Source of the DNA: a virus
Lineage: Duplodnaviria > Caudoviricetes
Strand: one strand, 5' to 3'
DNA length: 64,000 nt
Virus record (IMG/VR): IMGVR_UViG_3300028048_003175
Location: 1 to 64,000 of that record
A program made the position numbers and the translations under genes. Position 1 is the stretch's first letter; the number at the start of each line of letters is the position of its first letter. Of the stretch, positions 19,195 through 28,523 are shown in pieces. The notes under the pieces were generated by a model that was not told the DNA's origin, ran no database searches, and was given only the letters and a program-made list of their open reading frames with translations.

Positions 19195-20076
19195 ATGGCA
19201 AAAGGTAGAGCATTATATCAGCCAGAAGGGAAAGCCCAGAAGTATAACCGATGGGCTGCAAACTTTTACACGGGATGCCGGCATAACTGTGGGTACTGCT
19301 ACCTCAAGCGTGGCAGTCTCGCACATGTGTGGGACACAGAGCCGCACCTGAAGAAATGCTTCAAGGATGAGGCCGATGCTCTTGCGATATTCAAGAAAGA
19401 GCTTCTTGACAACCGTCTGCGCGTCCGTGCGGAAGGCGGTGTGTTCTTCTCCTTCAGCACCGACCCGTGTGACCGTGACACCTTCTGGCTTACACGCCGT
19501 GCCGCCCTGTTCTGTCTTGACTGCGACGTTCCCGTGACGATCCTCACCAAAAGCGCATGCTGGCTTTCCGGCAGATATGGAGGTGAGGTAGAGCAGGAAT
19601 TGTTCGGTGAAAAGGACGACAGGGATATCTTCAGCCCAGCAGTAAATCGTGGCATATTGGCTGTTGGGTTTACTCTGACAGGACGTGACGATATGGAGCC
19701 AGGAGCATCAAGCAACGATGCCCGTATCGGAGCAATGGCTTTCCTCAAGGAGCAAGGTGTTAAGACCTTTGCATCGGTGGAACCCATCGTCGACACAAAA
19801 TCATCATTGAAGGTAATTGAGAAAGCAGCACCATATTGCGACCTCTTCAAGATTGGTCTGCGTTCCGGAGTCCCTAAGGACTACTATGCCAAGAAGCTCG
19901 ATGATGGCGATGACTTCATCAGCTTAGAAAAGTTCATGACCATAGCCTCCAATATCATTCTCGACGCGAAGAAGAAGGTGTACTGGAAAGAGAGCATCCG
20001 TTGTAAGAAGTTCGCCAAGCCCTATCTCGCTTCGCCTATTTCCGTAAGTTCGACTTATAATCTATTCAACAGGTAA
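19195..20076 (+). CDS. Radical SAM protein
   Basis: CxxxCxxC (CRHNCGYC), STDP, ILTK, SVEP. Confidence 0.85.
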   Translation: MAKGRALYQPEGKAQKYNRWAANFYTGCRHNCGYCYLKRGSLAHVWDTEPHLKKCFKDEADALAIFKKELLDNRLRVRAEGGVFFSFSTDPCDRDTFWLTRRAALFCLDCDVPVTILTKSACWLSGRYGGEVEQELFGEKDDRDIFSPAVNRGILAVGFTLTGRDDMEPGASSNDARIGAMAFLKEQGVKTFASVEPIVDTKSSLKVIEKAAPYCDLFKIGLRSGVPKDYYAKKLDDGDDFISLEKFMTIASNIILDAKKKVYWKESIRCKKFAKPYLASPISVSSTYNLFNR

Positions 20077-20097
20077 TAATCTAAATTCAAAATCATT

Positions 20098-20211
20098 ATG
20101 TGGTACTTTTTATCATTCGTCGGTGGCGTAGTAGCCACCTTGTTAGCAGAGTTCTTTATCTTGTGGCGTTGTTGTAAAGAAGATAGCATGACAGATGAAG
20201 GGATTTATTAA
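20098..20211 (+). CDS. Small hydrophobic peptide (37 aa)
   Basis: MWYFLSFVGGVVATLLAEFFILW...; translated by hand. Confidence 0.4.
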   Translation: MWYFLSFVGGVVATLLAEFFILWRCCKEDSMTDEGIY

Positions 20212-20386
20212 ACGTATCATCGCCTTTCTGTTGGCTATCCTGCAGGCAACAGTTATTCCACCCAGTGTCATCCAAATGGTGACGACGAAGCTGGAGCGTA
20301 AATACAAGAAAGAAAAGGATTTCGAGCAGCAGGAGCAAGACAGGCTCCAGCGAAAGCTCGATAAACACAGGAGAAAGAACAAATGA
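20195..20386 (+). CDS. Hypothetical protein
   Basis: 63-aa ORF coupled to the next gene. Confidence 0.5.
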   Translation: MKGFIKRIIAFLLAILQATVIPPSVIQMVTTKLERKYKKEKDFEQQEQDRLQRKLDKHRRKNK

Positions 20387-20850
20387 AAGCGCTAAGTATT
20401 ATTCAGCCGTGGGCGAGTCTTATCGCCACCGGCATCAAGGACATCGAGAACAGGACGTGGCGCACGAACTACCGTGGCGAGTTCCTGATCCATGCTTCTG
20501 CAAAGCATTTGAAGGAGGGATGGAACGCGCTCACCATGGAGCAATGCAAAGCCGCCAAGAGGCTCATCTGTCCGTTCGGGAATGTCAATGATGTCAAGCT
20601 GCTTCCCGTGTCAGCCATCATCGGCAAGGCCACACTTGTGGACTGCGTACAGAACCATCCTTCTGTATGGGCTGAGAAAGGAGTTTGGAACTGGGTGTTG
20701 AAAGACGTCGTTCTTTTCAACAACCCCATCACTAATGTCAAGGGCAAGCTCGGGTTCTGGGAGTTTGACGACGCTCTTTTGGAAGGCGTGACACCATGTG
20801 TCGCCTCTTCTCTGTATTCACGAGTGTATTTTCAAGAAAAGCAAAAATGA
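20383..20850 (+). CDS. ASCH domain protein
   Basis: ALSIIQPWASLI..GIKDIENRTW...LIHAS...KGKLGFW. Confidence 0.9.
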   Translation: MKALSIIQPWASLIATGIKDIENRTWRTNYRGEFLIHASAKHLKEGWNALTMEQCKAAKRLICPFGNVNDVKLLPVSAIIGKATLVDCVQNHPSVWAEKGVWNWVLKDVVLFNNPITNVKGKLGFWEFDDALLEGVTPCVASSLYSRVYFQEKQK

Positions 20851-20854
20851 GACT

Positions 20855-21424
20855 ATGAAACTGTTTTTATTCGACTTAGAGACAACTGGCACGGATGCCG
20901 TCAAGAATGGCATCCACCAGATTAGTGGTAAGATTATCATCGACGGCACGGTCCGTCAGACTTTCGATTTCAAGGTACGTCCCAAGGATGGTGCCGAGTA
21001 CGACCCTGACGCATTGGCCGTCGGCAAGGTGACGGAAGAGCAGCTAAAGGCATATCCTTCAATGCAGGAGGTGTTCCCACAGGTGGTTGCCATGCTCGAC
21101 CAATATGTCAACAAGTTCAACAAGAGCGATAAGTTCTACCTTCTGGGATTTAACAACTCTCATTTCGACAATGGCATGTTCCGCCAGTGGTTCCCCGACA
21201 ACGGCTTCAAGTATTTCGGCTCTTACTTCTGGAGTAATAGCTTCGACTGTATGGTACTGGCCACGCCGTTGCTCTGTGACCGCCGTGCTGCCATGAAGGA
21301 CTTCAAGCAGTCCACCGTTGCTGAGGCTCTGGGCGTTTATGTGGATCCTGCCAAGCTGCACGATGCATCCTACGACATCGAACTGTGCCAGGCTATCTAT
21401 GACAAGGTCTGTGGTAAATACTAA
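20855..21424 (+). CDS. DnaQ-like 3'-5' exonuclease
   Basis: FDLETTG, FNNSHFD, LHDASYDI. Confidence 0.88.
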   Translation: MKLFLFDLETTGTDAVKNGIHQISGKIIIDGTVRQTFDFKVRPKDGAEYDPDALAVGKVTEEQLKAYPSMQEVFPQVVAMLDQYVNKFNKSDKFYLLGFNNSHFDNGMFRQWFPDNGFKYFGSYFWSNSFDCMVLATPLLCDRRAAMKDFKQSTVAEALGVYVDPAKLHDASYDIELCQAIYDKVCGKY

Positions 21425-21636
21425 AGTCAAGGTTAGCGAGGTGTCGGTCCTCTGCCAGAACTGTACGAAGATGAGGGACTGTCTCAAAGACAGGCTTACC
21501 GCCCTCTTTATGGCTCATACGACTTATTGTACACGGTTCGACAATAAGGACAAGACACCTCGCCTTTTCCCCTTCCTCCAGCCTTACGAGGCAGAGTACA
21601 AGGATGCGGAATATATGTATCACAACAGCAAGAGAT

Positions 21637-21897
21637 ATGAAAAAGGCAAGAACGCTGGCTCAGTTGGTAGCTACACTTCATCCAGCCATCAAGGACACGG
21701 ATGACGACACCGTGTATAGCCTCCGTGCCGGCATGTGGCCCAACAGTGAGAGTGAAGGGCATGTCTGGCTTGTTGGCTATTTCTCCAAAGAGGTCGATGC
21801 CTGGTGGTGCGTCGGTCGTGGGAAGACGATGTACAAGGCTGTCAAGCACCTCAAAAGGCAACTTACAGTCAGAGAACCTAACGAAAAAAGACTATAA
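21637..21897 (+). CDS. Hypothetical protein
   Basis: ORF within the operon. Confidence 0.5.
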   Translation: MKKARTLAQLVATLHPAIKDTDDDTVYSLRAGMWPNSESEGHVWLVGYFSKEVDAWWCVGRGKTMYKAVKHLKRQLTVREPNEKRL

Positions 21898-21900
21898 ATT

Positions 21901-22062
21901 ATGGATGACACAGGAAACGTGAGAATACATATTGTGGTGTTCCTTACCATGATTTCACTCTATGCACTGAACTTTGTCAGTACCGAGAAATACGAGGCAG
22001 CACTGCAGACCTATATGGCCATCATGGTAGGTGCCATCTATTTTAAAATCAAGAGACGATGA
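21901..22062 (+). CDS. Small two-TM protein (53 aa)
   Basis: Translated by hand; ATGA overlap with the next gene. Confidence 0.45.
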   Translation: MDDTGNVRIHIVVFLTMISLYALNFVSTEKYEAALQTYMAIMVGAIYFKIKRR

Positions 22063-22292
22063 AGGAACGATTGCCAAGAAAGCTGAAAAAGGAAATGCCG
22101 AAGCTCCGCAAGGTAGGACTGATGCAAATACAATTTGGCACAAGAAAAGGCTTTGGCTTCAACAAATGGACGTGGAAACTCTATGCCAGAGTTTGTGGAT
22201 TTCTGATGAAGAGCTACAAGGAATCTTTTCCACCGATTGGACCACAGCCAACAGAAGGAAATAAGAACATTCTATATAGAGGATATGAATAG
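22059..22292 (+). CDS. Basic hypothetical protein
   Basis: MKERLPRKLKKE... Confidence 0.5.
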   Translation: MKERLPRKLKKEMPKLRKVGLMQIQFGTRKGFGFNKWTWKLYARVCGFLMKSYKESFPPIGPQPTEGNKNILYRGYE

Positions 22293-23148
22293 GAAAAAGG
22301 ACATCTTTGGTAATGAGATAAGCAAGAAAGACTCCCTGCGCGAACAGTTTGGTGCGAACCCTTTTACGGTGTTCGATACGAAGGAGCAGCACTGGCGTGA
22401 GCGTAAGCAGTGGTGGAACAACAAAGGCATCCTGCCGCCGTTGGAGCCTATGGAGTCGAAGAGTATGGTCAACATGCCAGATGACAAGTTCATCAAGGCG
22501 GCATCAACCTTTGACCCGGTATTGTGCGAGCTGATGTATCGCTGGTATTGCCCGGAGGGTGGTGCTATCCTCGACCCGTTTGCAGGAGGCTCCGTTCGTG
22601 GCATCGTAGCCGGCTACCTTGGCTACAAGTACACAGGTATCGACATTCGTCCTGAGCAGGTGGCCAGTAACATCGATCAGGCTTCACGCATTCTTGGTCC
22701 GAGCAAGCAACCAGAGTGGCTGACAGGCAGCAGCAACGTGCTACTCTTTGATCAGTTCCTTACTGACCGTCGCTTTGACATGATGCTTACTTGTCCGCCG
22801 TATTTTAACCTGGAGGTTTATTCTGATATTGAGGGTGACCTCTCCAATATGGACTGGCCATCGTTCGTCGGCACCTACAGGAGCATTATCCGCAAGGCGT
22901 GTGCGCTGCTGAAGAAGGATGCTATGGCAGTCATCGTAGTTGGAGAGATTAGAGCCAGAAACGGTTATCTGTATGGCTTAGTTCCTGCTACCATCAAAGC
23001 ATTCGAGGACTGTGGGATGAAGTATTACAATGAAGCCGTGCTGGAAACTCCAGTGGTTTCGGCACAGAAACGGGCATCGAGCACCATGCGTCACGGCAAG
23101 CTGGTTAAGGTACATCAGAACGTGCTCATGTTCAAGAAACCTTATTAA
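22285..23148 (+). CDS. DNA amino-methyltransferase (N4-C/N6-A type)
   Basis: ILDPFAGG SAM-binding motif; TCPPY catalytic motif. Confidence 0.85.
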   Translation: MNRKKDIFGNEISKKDSLREQFGANPFTVFDTKEQHWRERKQWWNNKGILPPLEPMESKSMVNMPDDKFIKAASTFDPVLCELMYRWYCPEGGAILDPFAGGSVRGIVAGYLGYKYTGIDIRPEQVASNIDQASRILGPSKQPEWLTGSSNVLLFDQFLTDRRFDMMLTCPPYFNLEVYSDIEGDLSNMDWPSFVGTYRSIIRKACALLKKDAMAVIVVGEIRARNGYLYGLVPATIKAFEDCGMKYYNEAVLETPVVSAQKRASSTMRHGKLVKVHQNVLMFKKPY

Positions 23149-23177
23149 GTAGTAACTCATTTTATTCAACAGAAATT

Positions 23178-23453
23178 ATGAAAGAAATCAAGAAAATAAG
23201 AGAAGAGATCGAAGGGCTGCAGGATAGCCTTCATAGTGATGGAATCCATCAGTTTACCATTGATTGGGTGGAATTGTTTATCGAAGAGCTTGTGGAGCAA
23301 GAGACTGGAGAGTCCAGACTGAGTGACGAGACGCTTTTAGGCTCTATGGCTTATCGGTTAGATACTCTGTTAGAGATTGCCAAGGCAGATACCGAGGACT
23401 ATCTCATCTTTAAGCGCATGCAGGAAATCATCGAAGAAGGAAGAAAGCAATGA
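23178..23453 (+). CDS. Hypothetical protein
   Basis: 91-aa ORF. Confidence 0.55.
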   Translation: MKEIKKIREEIEGLQDSLHSDGIHQFTIDWVELFIEELVEQETGESRLSDETLLGSMAYRLDTLLEIAKADTEDYLIFKRMQEIIEEGRKQ

Positions 23454-23887
23454 GTCTGGAAGAACTGATGCGGAACGACTGGGTGCAAATCGCCAAGCTC
23501 CACATATACTGCAAGGTAAAAGGCTACACTGAGGATGGTATGGTCGTAGGAACTACAGCCAGCGGTGGCACTTTCGTAAAGCATGTGGACGATTTGAGTC
23601 CTATCGAGCTGGTGCAAGACACAATCCTCTGCACGCCGTTCTGGCTTGTCCGCAAGGGAGTGTTCAAGAAAGTCATCCGCAACGTCGTTTCTTTCGTCTA
23701 TGAGACAGGTAGCAGACGGCTCGTTGTGGAGGTGGCTGACATGGGTATTGTGAACGTCCACTATATCGGCTTCATGCACGAGCTGCAGCACCTCTACCGC
23801 CATTACACAGGCAAGGCCCTGGAGGTGGATATGATGCACAGCAAGCGTAAGGAATATAGCAAACGTTACTATCACAAGGAGGGGTGA
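23450..23887 (+). CDS. Hypothetical phage protein
   Basis: C-terminal MHELQHLYRHYTG; ATGA overlap. Confidence 0.6.
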   Translation: MSLEELMRNDWVQIAKLHIYCKVKGYTEDGMVVGTTASGGTFVKHVDDLSPIELVQDTILCTPFWLVRKGVFKKVIRNVVSFVYETGSRRLVVEVADMGIVNVHYIGFMHELQHLYRHYTGKALEVDMMHSKRKEYSKRYYHKEG

Positions 23888-24327
23888 CTATGTATTTCGA
23901 CCTGACAAATAACGCCCAGCGTCAGCAGTTCCGTGAGATAGTGGAGCGTATGCTGCAGCGTGGTACCATCGTGCGTCTGACTGATGAACAGCCGAGGACG
24001 CTGGATCAGAACTCCTTCTACCAGTTGCTCATTGCTTACTTCTCCAGCAAGACAGGCATCAAGCAAAGCTCCATCCGTGACACGCTCATCAAGTGGACCA
24101 TCTGCCCCGATATCTTCATGAGGAACGGCAGGGCTCGTTCTTCTGCTGACCTCACTCGCGACGAAATGCGGACGGTCATCAGCCGCTTCCAGTTCTGGGC
24201 TTCTACGGAGGCAGGTGTCGAGCTGCCGGACTCTGACGACTACCGCCTGGTTATCAACTCGCTAAGGCAGGTAGAGGAGGACAGGGAGTTTATCGAGCAG
24301 CCGGGTATCAAGTGGTTACCAAAGTAA
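23884..24327 (+). CDS. NinB-like recombination protein
   Basis: RTLDQNSFY...SSADLTRDEM...GVELP. Confidence 0.6.
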   Translation: MTMYFDLTNNAQRQQFREIVERMLQRGTIVRLTDEQPRTLDQNSFYQLLIAYFSSKTGIKQSSIRDTLIKWTICPDIFMRNGRARSSADLTRDEMRTVISRFQFWASTEAGVELPDSDDYRLVINSLRQVEEDREFIEQPGIKWLPK

Positions 24328-24397
24328 AGTGTATTATTATATAAGTGTTTTTCAATTGCGGACTGCCGTGAGGCATGCTGCAGTTTGGCATAAGCAG

Positions 24398-24430
24398 AGA
24401 GCCATCCAGCCGTGAGGTCGGGTGGCTTTT
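24398..24430 (+). terminator. Intrinsic terminator
   Basis: AGCCATCC..CC GTGA GG..GGGTGGCT followed by TTT. Confidence 0.6.
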
Positions 24431-24444
24431 ATGATGCGCCAGCG

Positions 24445-24556
24445 TTGCAAATATGATTAACAACGTTTAACGATTTAGATTAAATTTTTCCCTTGAAAAG
24501 TTTGCATATTTGATTATTTCTTTGTATCTTTGTATTGCAAATAAGATAATAATCAA
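24445..24556 (+). promoter_or_regulatory. Repeated early promoter/operator cassette, copy 3
   Basis: TTTG (24501)-N20-TATCTTTG (24525-24532); three boxes. Confidence 0.85.
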
Positions 24557-24574
24557 TTCTAAAAAGGAACAGTT

Positions 24575-24946
24575 ATGAATACTCAGAACATCAACAACAG
24601 CGAGACTCAGAACCGAGTAAACAACAGCAAGCCCAGCTTCTACAGCAAGAAGCTCTTCTTCGCTCGTATTAGTGCCATGATGAAAGACGGCATGTCACGC
24701 AGTGATGCATTCAAAAAGGCGTGGGCGATCGTCAAGCTCTACCACCGCCTGCTGACTGAGGACACCGTATCGTTCATCTACATCATGAAGGACGGACGTT
24801 ACTGCAAGGCAACCGCCCGTATGACCGACAAGCTCCGCACGGAGAACCCCAACTGGAAAGCCAACGAGCTTACGTTCCCTTACTTCGACGTGAATTGCAA
24901 CGGCATCCGCTCGTTCATCTGCGCCAACTTCGTGAAGTGCTGCTAA
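24575..24946 (+). CDS. SH3 beta-barrel (DUF2693/WYL_2-like) protein
   Basis: SDAFKKAW...VSFIYIMKDG...YFDVNCNGIRSF. Confidence 0.65.
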   Translation: MNTQNINNSETQNRVNNSKPSFYSKKLFFARISAMMKDGMSRSDAFKKAWAIVKLYHRLLTEDTVSFIYIMKDGRYCKATARMTDKLRTENPNWKANELTFPYFDVNCNGIRSFICANFVKCC

Positions 24947-24977
24947 GCAAATTGTAATAACTTCAAATCCAGCGACT

Positions 24978-25424
24978 ATGCAGGCAATCTCATTCCCCAC
25001 CTTTTGCCAGAGAGTTTCACAGCTTATGGACCTCGACATTGCTCCAGTCAAAGACGGAGAGCATAAGGCAAACACGATGCTGGCTACCCAGCGAGTCCCC
25101 AAGCCCAAGATACAGATATGCTTCTCGGACTTCACCTATGGAGAGACTGGCAAGCCGGACTTCATCGCTGAGTTCTTCGATACTGAGACGCGGTTCTATC
25201 TCGGAGCCGTTGGTACCAGCTACGATGACAAGCAAGAGAAAGTCCTCTTTGAGCACTTTGAAATAGGTGTCAGCCCATCGGGACAGTACAACCAGCATAA
25301 TGAACCCGTTGAGGCTAACGGTGAGCTGTGGCAGTTCTATGAGGGCAAGAGCCTTGCCTGGGCTGTCAAGTCATTCCAGATGGGTGGCGCAAGGAAAGGG
25401 CGCAAGCCTATCCGCAAGTGGTAG
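24978..25424 (+). CDS. Hypothetical protein
   Basis: 148-aa ORF. Confidence 0.6.
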   Translation: MQAISFPTFCQRVSQLMDLDIAPVKDGEHKANTMLATQRVPKPKIQICFSDFTYGETGKPDFIAEFFDTETRFYLGAVGTSYDDKQEKVLFEHFEIGVSPSGQYNQHNEPVEANGELWQFYEGKSLAWAVKSFQMGGARKGRKPIRKW

Positions 25425-25533
25425 TAAAGATTGATTTCACCATAAGTTTCTGTTGAAAGTAGTGGGTGTGTTCCTTCGTGAGCGCATCCACTATTTCGTT
25501 GATGCTGATGATGCTGTTCTGTCGCCTGCTGGA

Positions 25534-25636
25534 TTGCATATTTGATTAACTTTATTTAATAAAACTTTCTCCGTAAAAACTTGCATATTTGATTATTTCT
25601 TTGTATCTTTGCTTATGCAAATAAGATAATAATCAA
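25534..25636 (+). promoter_or_regulatory. Repeated early promoter/operator cassette, copy 4
   Basis: Near-identical to copy 1 over about 100 nt; TATCTTTG at 25604-25611. Confidence 0.85.
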
Positions 25637-25657
25637 ACCCATTTAACGGAACAAGTT

Positions 25658-25843
25658 ATGAATTACTGCTCAAATTACAACCCAGACAAGATCGAAATCC
25701 TCGTCAGCGATTTCGTGTATTACTCCAACAGTGTTGACCCCAGCGAGGCAGAACTTGCAAAGGTCGTCCACGACCAGTTGATGGAGCTCGTTTCAGAGCA
25801 AGAGCTGGCAGTGTTAGTCAAGGAATACGAAGTGTTCAACTAA
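25658..25843 (+). CDS. Hypothetical protein
   Basis: First ORF after the cassette. Confidence 0.6.
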   Translation: MNYCSNYNPDKIEILVSDFVYYSNSVDPSEAELAKVVHDQLMELVSEQELAVLVKEYEVFN

Positions 25844-25861
25844 TCATTAGGAGGAGTTATC

Positions 25862-26281
25862 ATGGAAGCTATCGACTATCAGAACGATATCTGCATCTGG
25901 TTCATCGAGGGCCAGGAGATAGGACACCGCGAACATCACTTCGACTGGAAAGAAGGTGACGTCATCACTACCGACGGCAAGAAGACAGAGATTTATGCTA
26001 TCGTCAAGAATACCCCTGACAACGTGGAGCTGCTGACTGACATGTTCAGCCGTTGTTCTGGAATCTTCCGTGGAGCCAAGCAGCAGAAGGTGTTCTTCCG
26101 GAAAGAGCTCACCAGCCTACTGCTGAACCCATCACAGCCCAACAAGTGGTTCAAGGGCATCCGTCTTGACATGCAGGACGCGAAGGCCATCCTCAGACAG
26201 AAGTACAAGGAAGTGAACGAGCAGACCTTTGAGAAAGTCTTTGATGTCATCGATGAGTATCTGGACGAAATGGAGAACTAA
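25862..26281 (+). CDS. Hypothetical protein
   Basis: 139-aa ORF. Confidence 0.6.
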   Translation: MEAIDYQNDICIWFIEGQEIGHREHHFDWKEGDVITTDGKKTEIYAIVKNTPDNVELLTDMFSRCSGIFRGAKQQKVFFRKELTSLLLNPSQPNKWFKGIRLDMQDAKAILRQKYKEVNEQTFEKVFDVIDEYLDEMEN

Positions 26282-26298
26282 TCAAAATAAATACGACT

Positions 26299-27108
26299 AT
26301 GAGTGAAATGGCTATAAGAATTGCCGACGGCAAGGAAATTAAGATCGGCACCTGCAACGAAATGTTCTATTGTCGCTATGACCAGTGGAACCAAATACAC
26401 TACGATTACATGCAGAATGGTTTGCTATGGCGCATACCTCTTCCTGAAGAAGATGATATCAAGCCTGGCGACTTCCCATACCCTCTCATCCGCACGGACT
26501 ACAAGCCGTGGCATGTGATTATCGACGAGTCTAAGCTGGAGCTGGAGGACAAGTCACTGATGATGCGCAACCCTGGAAGCCTCCAGATGGTCGAAAAGTA
26601 CATGGGGCTGATAGCAAGCGTCAAGTGTTATCACGGACTGAAACTGCCAGAGAGCAGCGAGGAAACAATGTTCTTCTGGAACGGGAAGAGCAGTCCGCTG
26701 TATCTCTCTTTCCTGGAGAATGGCAAAGACCAGATGTTTGTTTGTGTGTCATGCCGCTGCTGCAGAAAGACGTGGGGCTTCAGTTTCAACGAGATAGCAC
26801 CGGCCATCAGTTCCCTTTGGATGAAGCTCCGCCTTTGGCATGCCTGCACCGACTATTGGTTCTCCCTTCCCTCGAAGAAGTCCGAAGACAAGCCCTACGA
26901 CCTCATGCTCATTGGAGCGAAGAACCGTGCCTACAGGCTCACGACCACCATGGAGGGCGAATACATGCTGATCCTTGTCAAGGAGAACAATGAGAAGATT
27001 ACCGAGGTCAGTGGCACGTGGGAAGTGGTTCGCAACAAGCTCCTGACTTTGCTGGAAAACAAGGGTGAGGTATTTGAAATGAGGTGTCGTTATCTGAATG
27101 AGGAATGA
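26299..27108 (+). CDS. Hypothetical protein
   Basis: 269-aa ORF. Confidence 0.65.
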   Translation: MSEMAIRIADGKEIKIGTCNEMFYCRYDQWNQIHYDYMQNGLLWRIPLPEEDDIKPGDFPYPLIRTDYKPWHVIIDESKLELEDKSLMMRNPGSLQMVEKYMGLIASVKCYHGLKLPESSEETMFFWNGKSSPLYLSFLENGKDQMFVCVSCRCCRKTWGFSFNEIAPAISSLWMKLRLWHACTDYWFSLPSKKSEDKPYDLMLIGAKNRAYRLTTTMEGEYMLILVKENNEKITEVSGTWEVVRNKLLTLLENKGEVFEMRCRYLNEE

Positions 27109-27112
27109 GCGT

Positions 27113-27309
27113 ATGAAGAAGCTGCTTATTGACGTAATGCTGATGGGGGGGGTAAATTCTACTGTCAACTGACGTACAAGTATAACCCATTGTTCAAGCT
27201 GGACCTCAAAGACGTTGAAAGGTTCACCTATGAAAAATGCCCTTCATTAAAGAACCGCAAGGACGTGGTACTGGTAATGGGCGAGAATAACAAGAAAGTA
27301 TTTACTTAA
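27113..27309 (+). pseudogene. Small phage gene frameshifted at a G8 tract
   Basis: MKKLLIDVMLM-(G8)-GKFYCQLTYKYNPLFK...; in frame with G9 or G6. Confidence 0.6.
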
Positions 27310-27319
27310 CAAGAATAAT

Positions 27320-27673
27320 ATGGCTAAGAAAGTAGAAAGCAAGTTCCTCATCATCGAGGCAACGGCTCAAGAATTTATGGACGCTGGCTTTGGTGCCGGT
27401 CCTGTCACCGACTGTGGTGTGCTGACTGGTGGCATCTTCGCTGGCTTCAGCATGATATCCGTCGGCGGTGGTGAGCGTATGATATGTGACTACTGCAACG
27501 ACGAGATCAAAGCTGAGGACACCTGCTACTATGTGGCGGTGCTCAACCAGGTTATGTGTAAGGAATGCTTCGAGCGTTGGCACAAGTCAGCGAAATACTA
27601 TCCGGAAGATGTGGACTTTGAAAAGCAGAATTTCCAGCGCACACAAGACATGCTGGAAGCTGCAAGGCTTTAA
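27320..27673 (+). CDS. Zn-finger-like hypothetical protein
   Basis: CDYC...CKEC. Confidence 0.65.
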   Translation: MAKKVESKFLIIEATAQEFMDAGFGAGPVTDCGVLTGGIFAGFSMISVGGGERMICDYCNDEIKAEDTCYYVAVLNQVMCKECFERWHKSAKYYPEDVDFEKQNFQRTQDMLEAARL

Positions 27674-28131
27674 TGTTAAATCAAAAGGGGAAGAGAATTA
27701 TGAATACAAGTATAGCAAACAAGGCCATGCTCCGCTTTGCTAAGGAGTACGCCAAAGAGAACTGGTACCTGGAGGGATGGCAGAAGCCCGATGACTTCTG
27801 GGGCAACGCTTTCGACAAGCAGCTACACCCTGACAAGCCGCAGGTGGTTCGTGTCTGTTACGTCGCTCCCATCTTAGAGGAAGACAAGGAGGACCTGTAT
27901 CACTGGAAGATGCCACGCATAGAGATTGACAGCCACTTCGGACAGCCTCGCCTTAACGTCGTTGACCGTGAGCAGAACTTCTGCTGCCTGTCCTACGACC
28001 GGGACACCAACGAGTTCAAGGAAGCGCAGGCTTGGGGAAGCAAGGGACTGGAGCTGGCCGCGAGTGTTAAGAGCCAACTGGATCTGTTTATCCAGATGAT
28101 GAAGGACGGCTATGACGTCCAGTTTGAATGA
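27673..28131 (+). CDS. Hypothetical protein
   Basis: 152-aa ORF. Confidence 0.6.
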   Translation: MLNQKGKRIMNTSIANKAMLRFAKEYAKENWYLEGWQKPDDFWGNAFDKQLHPDKPQVVRVCYVAPILEEDKEDLYHWKMPRIEIDSHFGQPRLNVVDREQNFCCLSYDRDTNEFKEAQAWGSKGLELAASVKSQLDLFIQMMKDGYDVQFE

Positions 28132-28191
28132 CCTCTGACGGGGCTGGGTTATTATCTATTTGCAAAAGAATCTGTTCCGTAGCCCCGTCTC

Positions 28192-28230
28192 GGGCAGGCT
28201 GTCACACCGACGGTCTGCCCTTTTTCTTTT
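28192..28230 (+). terminator. Intrinsic terminator of the early operon
   Basis: GGGCAG...CTGCCC followed by TTTTTCTTTT. Confidence 0.75.
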
Positions 28231-28243
28231 GCCGTGCAGACAT

Positions 28244-28367
28244 AAAAAGAATGGACGAGCTTCACAGCCAGTCCATTTCAAATGCAAATAAGATAATATC
28301 AATCACAAAAAGTAACCTCCCGTCAAAAGACGCCGAGGCAGAACAATTTGGAATTGTATTAATCTCA
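28244..28367 (-). ncRNA. Putative trans-acting antisense sRNA (about 125 nt)
   Basis: Minus-strand CTTG-N20-TAATTTTG promoter (28403-28372); GTGA-loop terminator with U tract (28277-28244); complementary to 1173-1251. Confidence 0.6.
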
Positions 28368-28523
28368 TTTGCAAAATTAGCCTTTTTTCATCGAAATCAC
28401 AAGGATTTAGCCAAATTTTTAAAAAAAATAATCATTTTATATCGTAAAAAGTCGTAAAAGTTACAATAAATGATTATATTTGCAGCGTTTTTATAATCAC
28501 ATTCAAATTTTACCGACAGAAAA

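Noticed and set aside
28128-28457. 109-aa plus-strand ORF
   Set aside because: It crosses a terminator and promoter elements, so the region is better explained as non-coding
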